NCBI GenBank assembly: GCA_003574885.1
Contig: PJFC01000007.1
Location: forward strand, 71,272 to 135,271
Source: Geobacter sp.
GTDB taxonomy: Bacteria; Desulfobacterota; Desulfuromonadia; Geobacterales; Geobacteraceae
DNA length: 64,000 nucleotides
Direction of reading: 5' to 3'
In this document: in pieces, positions 40,113 through 48,544 of the stretch
How positions within the stretch are numbered: the first letter of the stretch is position 1
Layout of the letters: the number at the start of each line of letters is the position of its first letter
Translations under genes and position numbers: made by a program
Notes under the pieces: generated by a model
The model's database searches: none
Seen by the model: the letters and a program-made list of their open reading frames with translations, nothing else
What the model was told of the DNA's origin: nothing

Positions 40113-40509
40113 ATAAAGGGACCTTTCCCATACTCATGGCAGACAATTTTCCCACGTCTCCCCAAGGGAAATAGTACCAGAAGAAGCGTAAAGCGAAAGG
40201 GGATTGTTCTTTTTTTGCAAAGGTTTAGGAGACATCATCGACGGAAAGAGCAGAGCATCGGCATCTGCCTCCAGGAATGATTCGGGGGAAGATAAGAAGC
40301 GGGAATGTATCATTGTGACGAGCCGCTGTAACCGGCTATTTGTCTGTAACTTCTGTAATAAGGGGAGGTAGCAGGTTTGAACGTGAGGCTTGCTAAAATA
40401 GAGAATCCTGCAAAAGCTGTAACCCCCTGCTTCGCTCCGCTCGCTTCCCCCCTAAGATAAAAGGGTTATTGCATCTGAATGGTTTTATGCCAGCAGCAAA
40501 AGATTGAAC

Positions 40510-41136
40510 CTACCGATCCCTGAACCCGGCCGCAAAATCGATGGTGCATATGGTACCGTACCGGCTATGTGGGCCGCAGGCAACCCCTGCCGTCCGGAAA
40601 GCCGGGGTTAATATGGATTTTCGGTGCCCCCGGTCCGGCACAGCGTCATCGACAATGAGCTGCATGACCATGGCCCGGGCCTTGTCAGGTCCGTAGCCGA
40701 TGCTCTCGCCGATGCGCCCCTGCCACTTTCCGTGACGTTCGATCCTCTCCTGCGGCGAACCGCTCGTACGACCGACGTGGCCGGTCTCCCCGCTTTCCCC
40801 CTCATCCTCAACCAGCTCTGCGGCCGCTGCTGCAAGCCCGTCAGACCAGCTGAGCGGCTGCATGGGTTTCTGGCGGGAAAGGACGCGGATAGCCTCATCC
40901 ACCGCTCGAACCCCCTCGGTCGTCTGAATAAGAACCGGCGAACCGGGCTGGCGGTAGTTCTTCCCCTGGAATTGCGTGCGGAACTGCCGGAGAAAACCGA
41001 CGTACGCCGTTGGATTGGTGCGGGCCAGATTGATCTCGACGAGGACCTGGCCGGCAAGATTCGATTCCCCGTTAGCCGCCACGGCAGTAAAAAGAACATA
41101 CACGATGCAGAATGCTGTTAAAAGCCTGTTCCTCAC
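40510..41136 (-). CDS. CAP/SCP (YkwD-like) domain secreted protein
   Basis: GESIGYGP...VPDRGHRKSILTPAFRTAGVACG matches the GENI...GHRxNIL...GVG pattern. GTG start at 41136 has a GGAGGG RBS. Confidence 0.75.
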   Translation of the reverse strand: MRNRLLTAFCIVYVLFTAVAANGESNLAGQVLVEINLARTNPTAYVGFLRQFRTQFQGKNYRQPGSPVLIQTTEGVRAVDEAIRVLSRQKPMQPLSWSDGLAAAAAELVEDEGESGETGHVGRTSGSPQERIERHGKWQGRIGESIGYGPDKARAMVMQLIVDDAVPDRGHRKSILTPAFRTAGVACGPHSRYGTICTIDFAAGFRDR

Positions 41137-41158
41137 ATTACCCTCCTCTTCGCCCCGG

Positions 41159-41356
41159 TCAGGGGGACTTTTCATGGGCCTTGCGCCCATGCACCCGGCC
41201 GTAGGCCCGGCAGAACGGGCAGACACCTTCCTCTACCCCTTTGACGAACCGGTTAGCCAACCCGTCCGGATCTTTACGTGCAGTCCGGCAAACAGGACAA
41301 CATTCGCAAACACGGGCCAGTGCCCGGTCAAAATCTGTAATCATCGTCTTTCCCAT
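41159..41356 (-). CDS. small Cys-rich protein (7 Cys in 65 aa), unknown function
   Basis: MGKTMITDFDRALARVCECCPVCRTARKD...GVCPFCRAYG with CxCCxxC and CxxC motifs. Confidence 0.5.
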   Translation of the reverse strand: MGKTMITDFDRALARVCECCPVCRTARKDPDGLANRFVKGVEEGVCPFCRAYGRVHGRKAHEKSP

Positions 41357-41392
41357 GCCCTCTCCTTTACCCCGAATCAGTCCCGGCGTCCA

Positions 41393-42103
41393 CTAAAACG
41401 CCACCCCCTGCTCCGCCAGCTGACGGAGGACGACATCTTCCCACCCCCTGTTGGCGGCGGGGTTGGCCGGGCTTGGGTGGAGGATGCGCCCGACACGGAT
41501 GCCGCTGCCGGCCAGAGCCCGTACCACCTGATCGGCTGCAAAGTTTCCGACCCCGATGACGCAGGACGGCCGGAGAAGCTCCACCTGCCGGCGCAGCGCC
41601 CGGTCGCAGGCGGCATTCAGGGTGTCCCGTTCGGCGGAACGCAGTTTATCGGGGGTAAGGTTCCGCCCGTCTGTATCGAGGAAAAGGAGCGGACAGTAGT
41701 TGAGGACGAAGAAGCGGTCGAAAAACCGCTCAGGAGTCCCGTAGCGGCTCCTGATCAATCCCCAGAGGCGCCGGCCGCTCACCTCGCTCCGCCGGCAGGC
41801 AAAACCCGTCACAAGCTTCTTCGGGTACTCTTCCGCCGGTCGTCCCACGGTTCCGTCGATACCGAGCCAATCCCTCACCGCCGAAATCTCCCCGAAGGGG
41901 ACACCGGTCTGGGCCATTCCCCACGGCCCCGGATTCATCCCGACGAATACCGTTTCTTTCGGTACGTTGCCATACCGGCGAAGGTACTCCTCGTGGGGTT
42001 GGCGGGCATAAACGAGGGGGTTGTAGACATGGGCCACCGGCGGTGCGAAGTGAAGGCGGCCCAGTTCCGCTACCAGTTCATCGGTTACCTTAAGAAGGTC
42101 CAT
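41393..42103 (-). CDS. SMUG1-type (family 3) uracil-DNA glycosylase
   Basis: 236 aa from the internal ATG 42103. Contains the GMNPGPWGMAQTGVPFG motif. Confidence 0.8.
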   Translation of the reverse strand: MDLLKVTDELVAELGRLHFAPPVAHVYNPLVYARQPHEEYLRRYGNVPKETVFVGMNPGPWGMAQTGVPFGEISAVRDWLGIDGTVGRPAEEYPKKLVTGFACRRSEVSGRRLWGLIRSRYGTPERFFDRFFVLNYCPLLFLDTDGRNLTPDKLRSAERDTLNAACDRALRRQVELLRPSCVIGVGNFAADQVVRALAGSGIRVGRILHPSPANPAANRGWEDVVLRQLAEQGVAF

Positions 42104-42110
42104 GGAACAG

Positions 42111-42308
42111 TCACTCGACATCGTACGAGCGGCCGGCCAGTTCCACCCGGTCCCCCGGCCGGAGTTTCCGCCCCCGACGGAGCTCACACTCGCCGTTCAC
42201 CCGCACCTCTCCCTCGGCGATCCGGATCTTCGCCTCCCCGCCGGAGCCGACGGCCGCCACCGCCTTGAGGAAGCTGTCCAGCTTGATGTACTCCGTATTG
42301 ATCTTCAT
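42111..42308 (-). CDS. ybcJ: S4-domain RNA-binding protein (YbcJ-like)
   Basis: 65 aa. GGEAKIRIAEGEVRVNGE...RGRKLRPGD resembles E. coli YbcJ. Confidence 0.75.
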   Translation of the reverse strand: MKINTEYIKLDSFLKAVAAVGSGGEAKIRIAEGEVRVNGECELRRGRKLRPGDRVELAGRSYDVE

Positions 42309-42397
42309 GTCTTGGCTCCCTATCAGATTGCTTGCTGGTTGTTTTTAGCACGAATTTCTGCTAAAAAGGGGAACTTTCTGAAAAGGAGAACCGCACC

Positions 42398-42961
42398 ATG
42401 CTGACCACATCCGACTTTAAAAAGGGAATCGTCATCCAGCTCGACGGCGCCCCCTGCCTGCTCACCGACGTCACCTTCCAGTCCCCCTCCGCACGGGGGG
42501 CCAACACCATGGTAAAGACCCGCTACCGCAATCTCATCACCGGACAGGTGCTTGACAAGACCTTCCGTTCCGGCGACAAGGTAGACGAAGCGGACTTTGA
42601 ACGGCACAAGGGGCAGTTCCTCTACGCCGACGGCGCCCGGGGGGTATTCATGGACCTGGAGACCTACGAGCAGTTCGAGCAGGACGAGGACAACTTTACG
42701 GACAATGCGCCTTACCTGCTGGAGGGGACCGAGGTGGTGCTCGGCCTGTTCGAGGGACGGATGGTGACTATTGAGCTCCCCCTGACCGTGGAACTGACCG
42801 TCACCGACACGGCTCCGGCAATGAAGAACGCCACCGCCACCGCAGAAACAAAGGAGGCAATCCTGGAGACCGGCCTGAAGATCAAGGTTCCCCCCTACCT
42901 GGAGACCGGCAATAAGGTAAAGGTTGACACCCGGGACGGCCGCTTCATTTCCCGGGCTTGA
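42398..42961 (+). CDS. efpL: elongation factor P-like protein (EfpL/YeiP paralogue)
   Basis: 187 aa. The loop QSPSARGANTMVKTRY parallels the E. coli YeiP loop QSPTARGAATLYKMRF rather than the EF-P KPGKG loop. Confidence 0.8.
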   Translation: MLTTSDFKKGIVIQLDGAPCLLTDVTFQSPSARGANTMVKTRYRNLITGQVLDKTFRSGDKVDEADFERHKGQFLYADGARGVFMDLETYEQFEQDEDNFTDNAPYLLEGTEVVLGLFEGRMVTIELPLTVELTVTDTAPAMKNATATAETKEAILETGLKIKVPPYLETGNKVKVDTRDGRFISRA

Positions 42962-43014
42962 GGAGCGAGGGGAATCGATATCCCCTGTCAGCCGCGGGCA
43001 GTTGCAAAATCCTG

Positions 43015-43043
43015 TTGACACGGAACAGAAATAAGGCTATAAA
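43015..43043 (+). promoter_or_regulatory. sigma70 promoter for tRNA-Phe (TTGACA-N17-TATAAA)
   Basis: Near-consensus hexamers. The -10 element ends 13 nt before the tRNA 5' end. Confidence 0.6.
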
Positions 43044-43056
43044 TTGAGACTCTTTT

Positions 43057-43132
<76 letters not shown>

Positions 43133-43145
43133 TTTAGCTTCATAT

Positions 43146-43189
43146 AAACAGGCACTTACGATACCGACCGTGAGTGCCTGTTTTTCTTT
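43146..43189 (+). terminator. intrinsic terminator after tRNA-Phe
   Basis: aaacaggcact / agtgcctgttt stem followed by TTTTTCTTT. Confidence 0.75.
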
Positions 43190-43300
43190 GACGCAGATGA
43201 CATACTGACTTAGCCCTTTGGTCATACATACCCACGCTATAACTAGTCAGCCTCTTGGCCTATCAGGATTCTTTACGGCGAATTTCACCACGTAACAGAG

Positions 43301-43335
43301 AGAAGCCCTACAAACGCATTGGCTGTAGGGCTTCT
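43301..43335 (-). terminator. hairpin downstream of the REC-PilZ gene
   Basis: agaagccctaca / tgtagggcttct 12-bp stem. The U-tract is poor on both strands. Confidence 0.4.
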
Positions 43336-43373
43336 GTATTTGGAGTGACTTGGCCCTGCCCCCGACTTGCGGG

Positions 43374-44078
43374 TCAACTATCAACCTGGCCGGCAAGGGT
43401 CTTGTCGGCAGAGATGCTGTCCACGTATTGGCCTATCTTGTGACGATCATCCCGCGTCAACCCACTGAACTGGACTCCGTATTTATACCGTCCATCCACC
43501 ATTCTCACGTAGCGGACTGTCTCCCCCTTCGTTTCTATTGTGCCGAAACCCGGGAGGGAGAAACCGCAGTCAATCATCTCGTTAAGCTGAAGCTTTTCTT
43601 CTGTTTCAATCAGGATACCGGTGAGACTGACATCGTGAGAGATACAGTAGAATCCGATCCCTTCCCTTACGGTTTTCACCTTTACACGCAGGGGCACACG
43701 CTTGTCCCTGAGCATCTTGGCCGATGCGAAGTCACCGACAGCCTTAAGCAGCTGCACCGGCTGGACAGGCTTGGTGATACAGTAGTTCGCCATGCTCCTT
43801 TTGACACGTTCGATTTCTGCAGGTATGTCATAACAGACCATGATAAAGGATAGTCCATCCCGCCCCTGAGACTCCCTAAGGAGAGAGCAGAGTTCATCAC
43901 CCCCCATGTCGCGAAGCAGCAGCTCACTGACAACAATGTCAAAAGGGTTGTTACGGTGGTGCTGGAGTGCTTCCCGGCCAGACTCAACGGCGGTTATCTG
44001 GAAATCGGACCTGACGAGGAGGTGAGAATTTCTTTCCCGGAAGCTCTTTGATGGGCTGACAATCAATATTCTTTTCAT
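43374..44078 (-). CDS. degenerate receiver domain fused to a PilZ c-di-GMP-binding domain
   Basis: The receiver fold lacks the acidic pocket: ILIVSPSKS replaces DD, and DIVVSELLL replaces the phospho-Asp. PilZ motifs RVPLR (RxxxR) and DVSLTG (DxSxxG) are present. An alternative start at 44123 is possible. Confidence 0.8.
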   Translation of the reverse strand: MKRILIVSPSKSFRERNSHLLVRSDFQITAVESGREALQHHRNNPFDIVVSELLLRDMGGDELCSLLRESQGRDGLSFIMVCYDIPAEIERVKRSMANYCITKPVQPVQLLKAVGDFASAKMLRDKRVPLRVKVKTVREGIGFYCISHDVSLTGILIETEEKLQLNEMIDCGFSLPGFGTIETKGETVRYVRMVDGRYKYGVQFSGLTRDDRHKIGQYVDSISADKTLAGQVDS

Positions 44079-44215
44079 GAGAGCGAATTTTATCGTACTA
44101 CTGAGTGGTTGTAAAGAAGGCATTTCGAGTCTGCTGATTCGGGAAACCGTGATGTGCTATTCATGGCTTCCCTCGACCGGTGTCATCATCTCTAAATAAA
44201 TTTTTTTGACTGCGC

Positions 44216-44243
44216 TTGACAATTATTCTGGGCGCGTTAAAGT
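44216..44243 (+). promoter_or_regulatory. sigma70-like promoter with AT-rich UP-like tract (TTGACA-N16-TAAAGT), no ORF downstream
   Basis: aaataaattttttt precedes TTGACA (44216-44221). TAAAGT lies at 44238-44243. Confidence 0.4.
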
Positions 44244-44249
44244 TGTATC

Positions 44250-44438
44250 AGCCTGTTTCCGAAACGGTAAACTTGGAAAAAATTCCAGGCGCACAAAGCT
44301 GACGGACCTGTTTAAAGAGAGCATACCATCTGTTTAACAATTGATGGTTTTCTGACTAACAGGTAGCCGAGCTCCCGAAGAAACAGGTGAAATTTCAGGA
44401 AGCCGTCCATCATAAAAAATTGATGGGCGGCTTTTTTT
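44250..44438 (+). ncRNA. candidate orphan small RNA (about 190 nt) bounded by the promoter above and an intrinsic terminator
   Basis: Every plus-frame ORF from ATG/GTG/TTG that ends before the terminator is under 10 codons; the one longer frame (39-codon GTG at 44387) runs through the terminator hairpin and was rejected. CTGTTT appears three times and AAACAGG twice, and these can pair (acctgttt with aaacaggt). Terminator agccgtccatca / tgatgggcggct plus T7 at 44400-44438. Confidence 0.35.
44400..44438 (+). terminator. plus-strand intrinsic terminator with no annotated plus-strand gene upstream
   Basis: 12-bp stem with one mismatch, 8-nt loop, and seven T on the plus strand only. Confidence 0.65.
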
Positions 44439-44522
44439 ATTGCATCCCCTTGTGGGGGTTCAGAGAGGGGAAGAGAAGCTCTCAGGCATCCGAATTCTGA
44501 TAGTTCATCCCCGGCTAATGGT

Positions 44523-44999
44523 TTATTTCTTCCCAAAGGACCATGCGATCAGCATGCCGCCGACCACGGTGAAAATGAGGTAGTCCGTTGGCAACCCCAG
44601 GAACCAGTGCTTGTGCCAGGGAATCTGTACCGGACTGAATTTCGCCCACCCGTAGGCAGGGTTGAGGAGAAACCAGAGAAAATCCTCGATGATCCAGAAG
44701 AGCATGAGTGCGCCGACGCAGCGGGCTTCCAGTCGCCAGGAGAATGTGCCGTTGGCCGCAAGGGGGAAGTGGAAGACAAGGAACATGAAGGGAAAGACCC
44801 AGGCGTGGTAGCCGGTCATGGCCCGTCCCCCCCAAAAGATATCGAGAAGCCAGTGCTTTTCAATCCTCCAGGTGGGGAGCGATGAGGCCCATCCGTGGGC
44901 TCCCTCGATCTGGATCTCGGTCATGGCAAAAAAAAGACCGAGCAGGGCGACCCAGCCGATGAGGAAGAGGGGGTGACGAAAGGAGCTGCTGATTTTCAT
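44523..44999 (-). CDS. polytopic membrane protein, unknown function
   Basis: 158 aa with about 4 hydrophobic segments. ATGA overlap with the upstream GT28 gene. Confidence 0.7.
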   Translation of the reverse strand: MKISSSFRHPLFLIGWVALLGLFFAMTEIQIEGAHGWASSLPTWRIEKHWLLDIFWGGRAMTGYHAWVFPFMFLVFHFPLAANGTFSWRLEARCVGALMLFWIIEDFLWFLLNPAYGWAKFSPVQIPWHKHWFLGLPTDYLIFTVVGGMLIAWSFGKK

Positions 45000-46156
45000 G
45001 TCGGTCCTGCTCCGGCGGTCTTGCCAAGCACGATATCGAGGACATGCCGTGCAGCGTCCGGACGGCCGACCCGCAATGCGTTCTCTCGCATCACGCTGAG
45101 CCTCTTCCGATTGTCGAGGAGCATATTGACCCGCCAGGCAAGGGCACCCGCATCATACGCCTTCATGGCGGCCCCGTTTTCAAGAAGGAAGTCGGCATTT
45201 CGCTCTTCCTGGCCCGGAATTGGTGATACCACGATCATGGGAAGCCCGACAGCCAGGCACTCCGAGGTGGTTAGCCCTCCCGGCTTGGTAATGGCCAGGG
45301 CACTGACCGCCATGACACGCTCGATGACCCGGGTGAACCCCATGGGGAAAAGACGTCCAGGATACCGCGACGCCAGTCCGCGCAGCTCATCCAGCAGTTT
45401 CTCGTTCTTGCCGGCCAAAGTGACCAGCTGGAAATCCCCTTCAAGCCGGAGCAATCTCTCTGCCAGTACCTCAATCCCCCCCACCCCCGCCCCGCCCGAC
45501 ATCATCAGGATTGTCGTTTTGTTGGCGTCAAGCCCGAACTCCGACGCACACTTGCTTCGCGACTGGGGCTCACTGAATACCGGCATTATGGGAATGCCGG
45601 TAACATGCACCGTGTTGGCAGGAATCTGCCGCTCTACCAGGCGACATGCAACCTCTTCATGGGCCGCGAAGTAGCCGCTCATTCGCTCATGGAGCCAGAG
45701 TGCATGAACGTCGAAGTCAGTCACCTGGACCCAGACCGGCGTGGTGAAGCTCCCCTTACGGATCTTTCTGGCAAGGAGCTGAGCCGGTAGAAAATGGGTG
45801 CAGATGACGTGGTCCGGGGCAATCTCTGAGAGGACCTTCCGTAACTTCTGGGTATTGAGACGTTCGATAGCGATCCGAAGCCTAGAGAGGGCCGAATCCA
45901 CCCTTTCCCGGTCTGTCTTGTCGTAGAGGTACCCCCAGAAAGCCGGATGACGCTCCACCACTTTGATGTAGGTATCGGCATAGATGGTCTTGAACAGCTT
46001 GGGGACCAGCTCCATCAGATCGACATGGACAGCTTCCACTCCCGGATACCATTTCTCCGCCGCGGCCTGAAGAGCCTGGGCCGCACGAACATGTCCCGCC
46101 CCGGCGGAGACGCTCAGTATGGCTATTTTTTGCCGCTTGCCAGAGGGATATATCAT
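44996..46156 (-). CDS. GT28 diacylglycerol glycosyltransferase (MGDG-synthase/UgtP-like glycolipid synthase)
   Basis: 386 aa. IAILSVSAGAGHVRAAQAL is like the UgtP N-terminus, VTDFDVHALW is present, and the C-terminus (ITKPGGLTTSECLAVGLPMIV) is Glyco_tran_28_C-like. Confidence 0.85.
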   Translation of the reverse strand: MIYPSGKRQKIAILSVSAGAGHVRAAQALQAAAEKWYPGVEAVHVDLMELVPKLFKTIYADTYIKVVERHPAFWGYLYDKTDRERVDSALSRLRIAIERLNTQKLRKVLSEIAPDHVICTHFLPAQLLARKIRKGSFTTPVWVQVTDFDVHALWLHERMSGYFAAHEEVACRLVERQIPANTVHVTGIPIMPVFSEPQSRSKCASEFGLDANKTTILMMSGGAGVGGIEVLAERLLRLEGDFQLVTLAGKNEKLLDELRGLASRYPGRLFPMGFTRVIERVMAVSALAITKPGGLTTSECLAVGLPMIVVSPIPGQEERNADFLLENGAAMKAYDAGALAWRVNMLLDNRKRLSVMRENALRVGRPDAARHVLDIVLGKTAGAGPT

Positions 46157-47703
46157 TTCTTCGCCTCCACCGGCGCATCCTGAATCATGATATGCCAGTT
46201 GGGGCGTTGCCAGCTTGTACGAAACTGCTCTACGGTGGACTCTACCGCTCTCTTCTCCTTTTCGAAGCCGTCAATGAAGAGGACGAAGTCGGCCTGAGCC
46301 GCAGCAGTCCCAACTTGCTTGTCAAACTGCCGCACCATCCCGTTGGGGGTGCTCACCTTGCGCCCCATCACCTCGGTAACCGGGAAGAGAAGCCCCTTCA
46401 TCCCGTCCCCCGGCTCGTATACCTTGAATACAAGCTCGGAACAGACCAGGGCTGAATCGGTCGCAAAATCGAAGTTGAAATCGTAGGGACGACCGCTGTA
46501 GTGGAAAGCGCGCTGAATGGCCTGGGCCTTTTCCCGTTTCGAAAGGCGGGGTCTGATGATGCCGATGGAATCAGCTGCACCGGTGAATTCCAGGGAGGTG
46601 AAAGAAACCCCCTCGGAAATCGCCTCCAGGATACGGGGTTGATGTCCCTTCTCCAGGGGAGTTTTGCCGATCGCATAGGCCTTGGGATAGCTCTGCTGGA
46701 GGAATTTTTCCAGATTGCCGTCGGCAATTCCCCTGCTCTTTACCCATGCCTTGACTTCCGGATCGTCGAAGAAAGCCTGCCGCTCCTCCGGCGTCCCGAC
46801 GTAGAGTGCCACGTGGGTCCAGAAACCGGGGAGTCCCATGTTCGAAAGATACCACTCATGCCGCTCGAAGATGATGTCACCGGGCTGTAGGCGCGGATGC
46901 ATGGCATCGACCTGCCCTTCGGAGATCAGATGGCTCCCCTTGCGCAAGACCTTGGTGTCACCCATCCATTCCGAAACCCCTTTCTGCACCGGAAACCAAG
47001 CGGCGAAGCCGGTTTTCTGCACCACGGCCAACGCATTTTTCAGGGTCAGGACATGCCCTTTGCCTTTCCCCATCTTCCAGATGACAGTGCTATCCTCTCC
47101 AATGGCTGAGCGCAGTTCCCGTGAGCCGTTGGCATAGCTCTTGTCGATTACCTGGAGTGCAGCGAATTCGGTCGCGATGGCTACGTTGAGGAAGCGGAAC
47201 TTGAAGCGGGAAAAGGTCCCGGCGGGGATACCCAGCTCCGGAACAGGTTCATTCAGGATCGTATCGAGTGCGGGGTTCCTGTCAGCCAAGGCTAGGAATT
47301 CCAGGGCGTAGCGGTAACTGGCAAGGAAGGCGGCGTTGTTCAGGGCAAAAGAGGCGTTACGGCTCTTCTTGTCCTGAAAAAGGCTGAATCTGCTTCCCTC
47401 GCGGCGAAGGGCATCCAGTGCAGCCATGCTGTCCAGGACAATGCTCCAGGTATTCCAGATAGCCAGCTTGTCCTGCCGCGGCAGCAATTCCTTCTTCCGG
47501 TTCTTATCCGGGCTGAAGAGGTCCGGCCGGGACCGGGCAAAGTCAACTGCCAGGCGCAGACTGTTACGGGCAATCCCGAAAGCGCGGGTATCATCAACTA
47601 TCTGCTTCTGAACTCCAGCATCGGATCTGGCATGGGCAGATGATGGCAGTGAAACGCACGTGAGGCCGACAAAAAAAAGAAGCGTGACAACAGTGCGCAG
47701 CAT
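46153..47703 (-). CDS. exported protein with C-terminal YiiX/YaeF-type permuted papain-like (NlpC/P60 superfamily) domain
   Basis: 516 aa with a signal peptide. GDIIF, THVALYVG and LVCSELVFKVY motifs occur in the order typical of the family. The N-terminal about 270 aa were not recognised. Confidence 0.7.
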   Translation of the reverse strand: MLRTVVTLLFFVGLTCVSLPSSAHARSDAGVQKQIVDDTRAFGIARNSLRLAVDFARSRPDLFSPDKNRKKELLPRQDKLAIWNTWSIVLDSMAALDALRREGSRFSLFQDKKSRNASFALNNAAFLASYRYALEFLALADRNPALDTILNEPVPELGIPAGTFSRFKFRFLNVAIATEFAALQVIDKSYANGSRELRSAIGEDSTVIWKMGKGKGHVLTLKNALAVVQKTGFAAWFPVQKGVSEWMGDTKVLRKGSHLISEGQVDAMHPRLQPGDIIFERHEWYLSNMGLPGFWTHVALYVGTPEERQAFFDDPEVKAWVKSRGIADGNLEKFLQQSYPKAYAIGKTPLEKGHQPRILEAISEGVSFTSLEFTGAADSIGIIRPRLSKREKAQAIQRAFHYSGRPYDFNFDFATDSALVCSELVFKVYEPGDGMKGLLFPVTEVMGRKVSTPNGMVRQFDKQVGTAAAQADFVLFIDGFEKEKRAVESTVEQFRTSWQRPNWHIMIQDAPVEAKK

Positions 47704-47783
47704 GGATCCCTCCTGATTGAAGTATCAATGTTTTTCTTTGGTGCATTTATGTCACGGGAAGATTCGTTCCCTGTGGTTTTGCC

Positions 47784-48377
47784 CTATTTCCCTGCCAACT
47801 CTGCCCCGTACTGCCGGATGAACTTCTTGAAATTAATCCAGACGTTGTTGAACCCGAAGGCCTGCATTTCCGTCTCAGCATCCTTCAATGACCACCCATC
47901 CATCTTCATCCGGTAGGCGGCGGAGACGATGCCGGTCCGGTCCTGGCCGTGGCGACAGTGGATAAAGACCGGCTGATTGGCCGGGTCAGCCATGAGTGCC
48001 ACGACCTTGTCCACCTTTTCTCTCAGACCCTTGTTGTCCATCTGTATCGGCACGAGGATAGAGCGCATACCTGCCGCTTCCACCTGCTGCCGGTCGTTTT
48101 CGGTGGTGCGGAAGTCGATGACGGTTCTGATCCCCATCTTTTTCAGAGTCGCATACCCATCCGCCCCGGGCTGCGCCCCCCGGTAGATTCCCGGTGCGAT
48201 GCGCCCCACGTTGGACAGCCCCGGCAGGTTGTAGATCCGTTCCGAGTTGCGAACATCCGTGGGGAGATGAACAACGGATGGAGTGACTACGGTTCCGTTG
48301 CCGTTACCGGCAAAGGTAAAGGATGCCCCCATGACAGCTATCATGATTGCTACAACGCAAACGGTGATGTATTTCAT
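47784..48377 (-). CDS. exported CX5R dual-specificity/tyrosine-phosphatase-family protein
   Basis: 197 aa with a signal peptide and the HCRHGQDRTG active-site loop. Confidence 0.8.
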   Translation of the reverse strand: MKYITVCVVAIMIAVMGASFTFAGNGNGTVVTPSVVHLPTDVRNSERIYNLPGLSNVGRIAPGIYRGAQPGADGYATLKKMGIRTVIDFRTTENDRQQVEAAGMRSILVPIQMDNKGLREKVDKVVALMADPANQPVFIHCRHGQDRTGIVSAAYRMKMDGWSLKDAETEMQAFGFNNVWINFKKFIRQYGAELAGK

Positions 48378-48544
48378 CTTTATATACCCCTTCCTGATAT
48401 GCCGAAGTTAACCGTGACCAAGATACTGTGATTACCGCGCAAAAACAATCGCTTTTTTTAATGATAATTTCCAAAACGTTCATCCCGGTTGCCCTGACCC
48501 AGGAGCGATTACTCAGGAAAGGGGCAGATTTGAGCACTATGGCA

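Noticed and set aside
44124-44400. c-di-GMP riboswitch (GEMM-I/II) upstream of the PilZ gene
   Set aside because: I read the minus strand for the GCACAGGGCAAACC and GGACGCAAAGCC-type cores and found none. The only faint similarity (ggcgcacaaagc) is on the other strand.
43133-44522. Genomic island integrated at tRNA-Phe
   Set aside because: There is no integrase or recombinase gene, and I saw no second copy of the tRNA 3' end (ggttcgattccgtccctgggcacca) anywhere in the window. GC of the downstream genes is near the window norm (about 57% in the one spot line counted, 43501).
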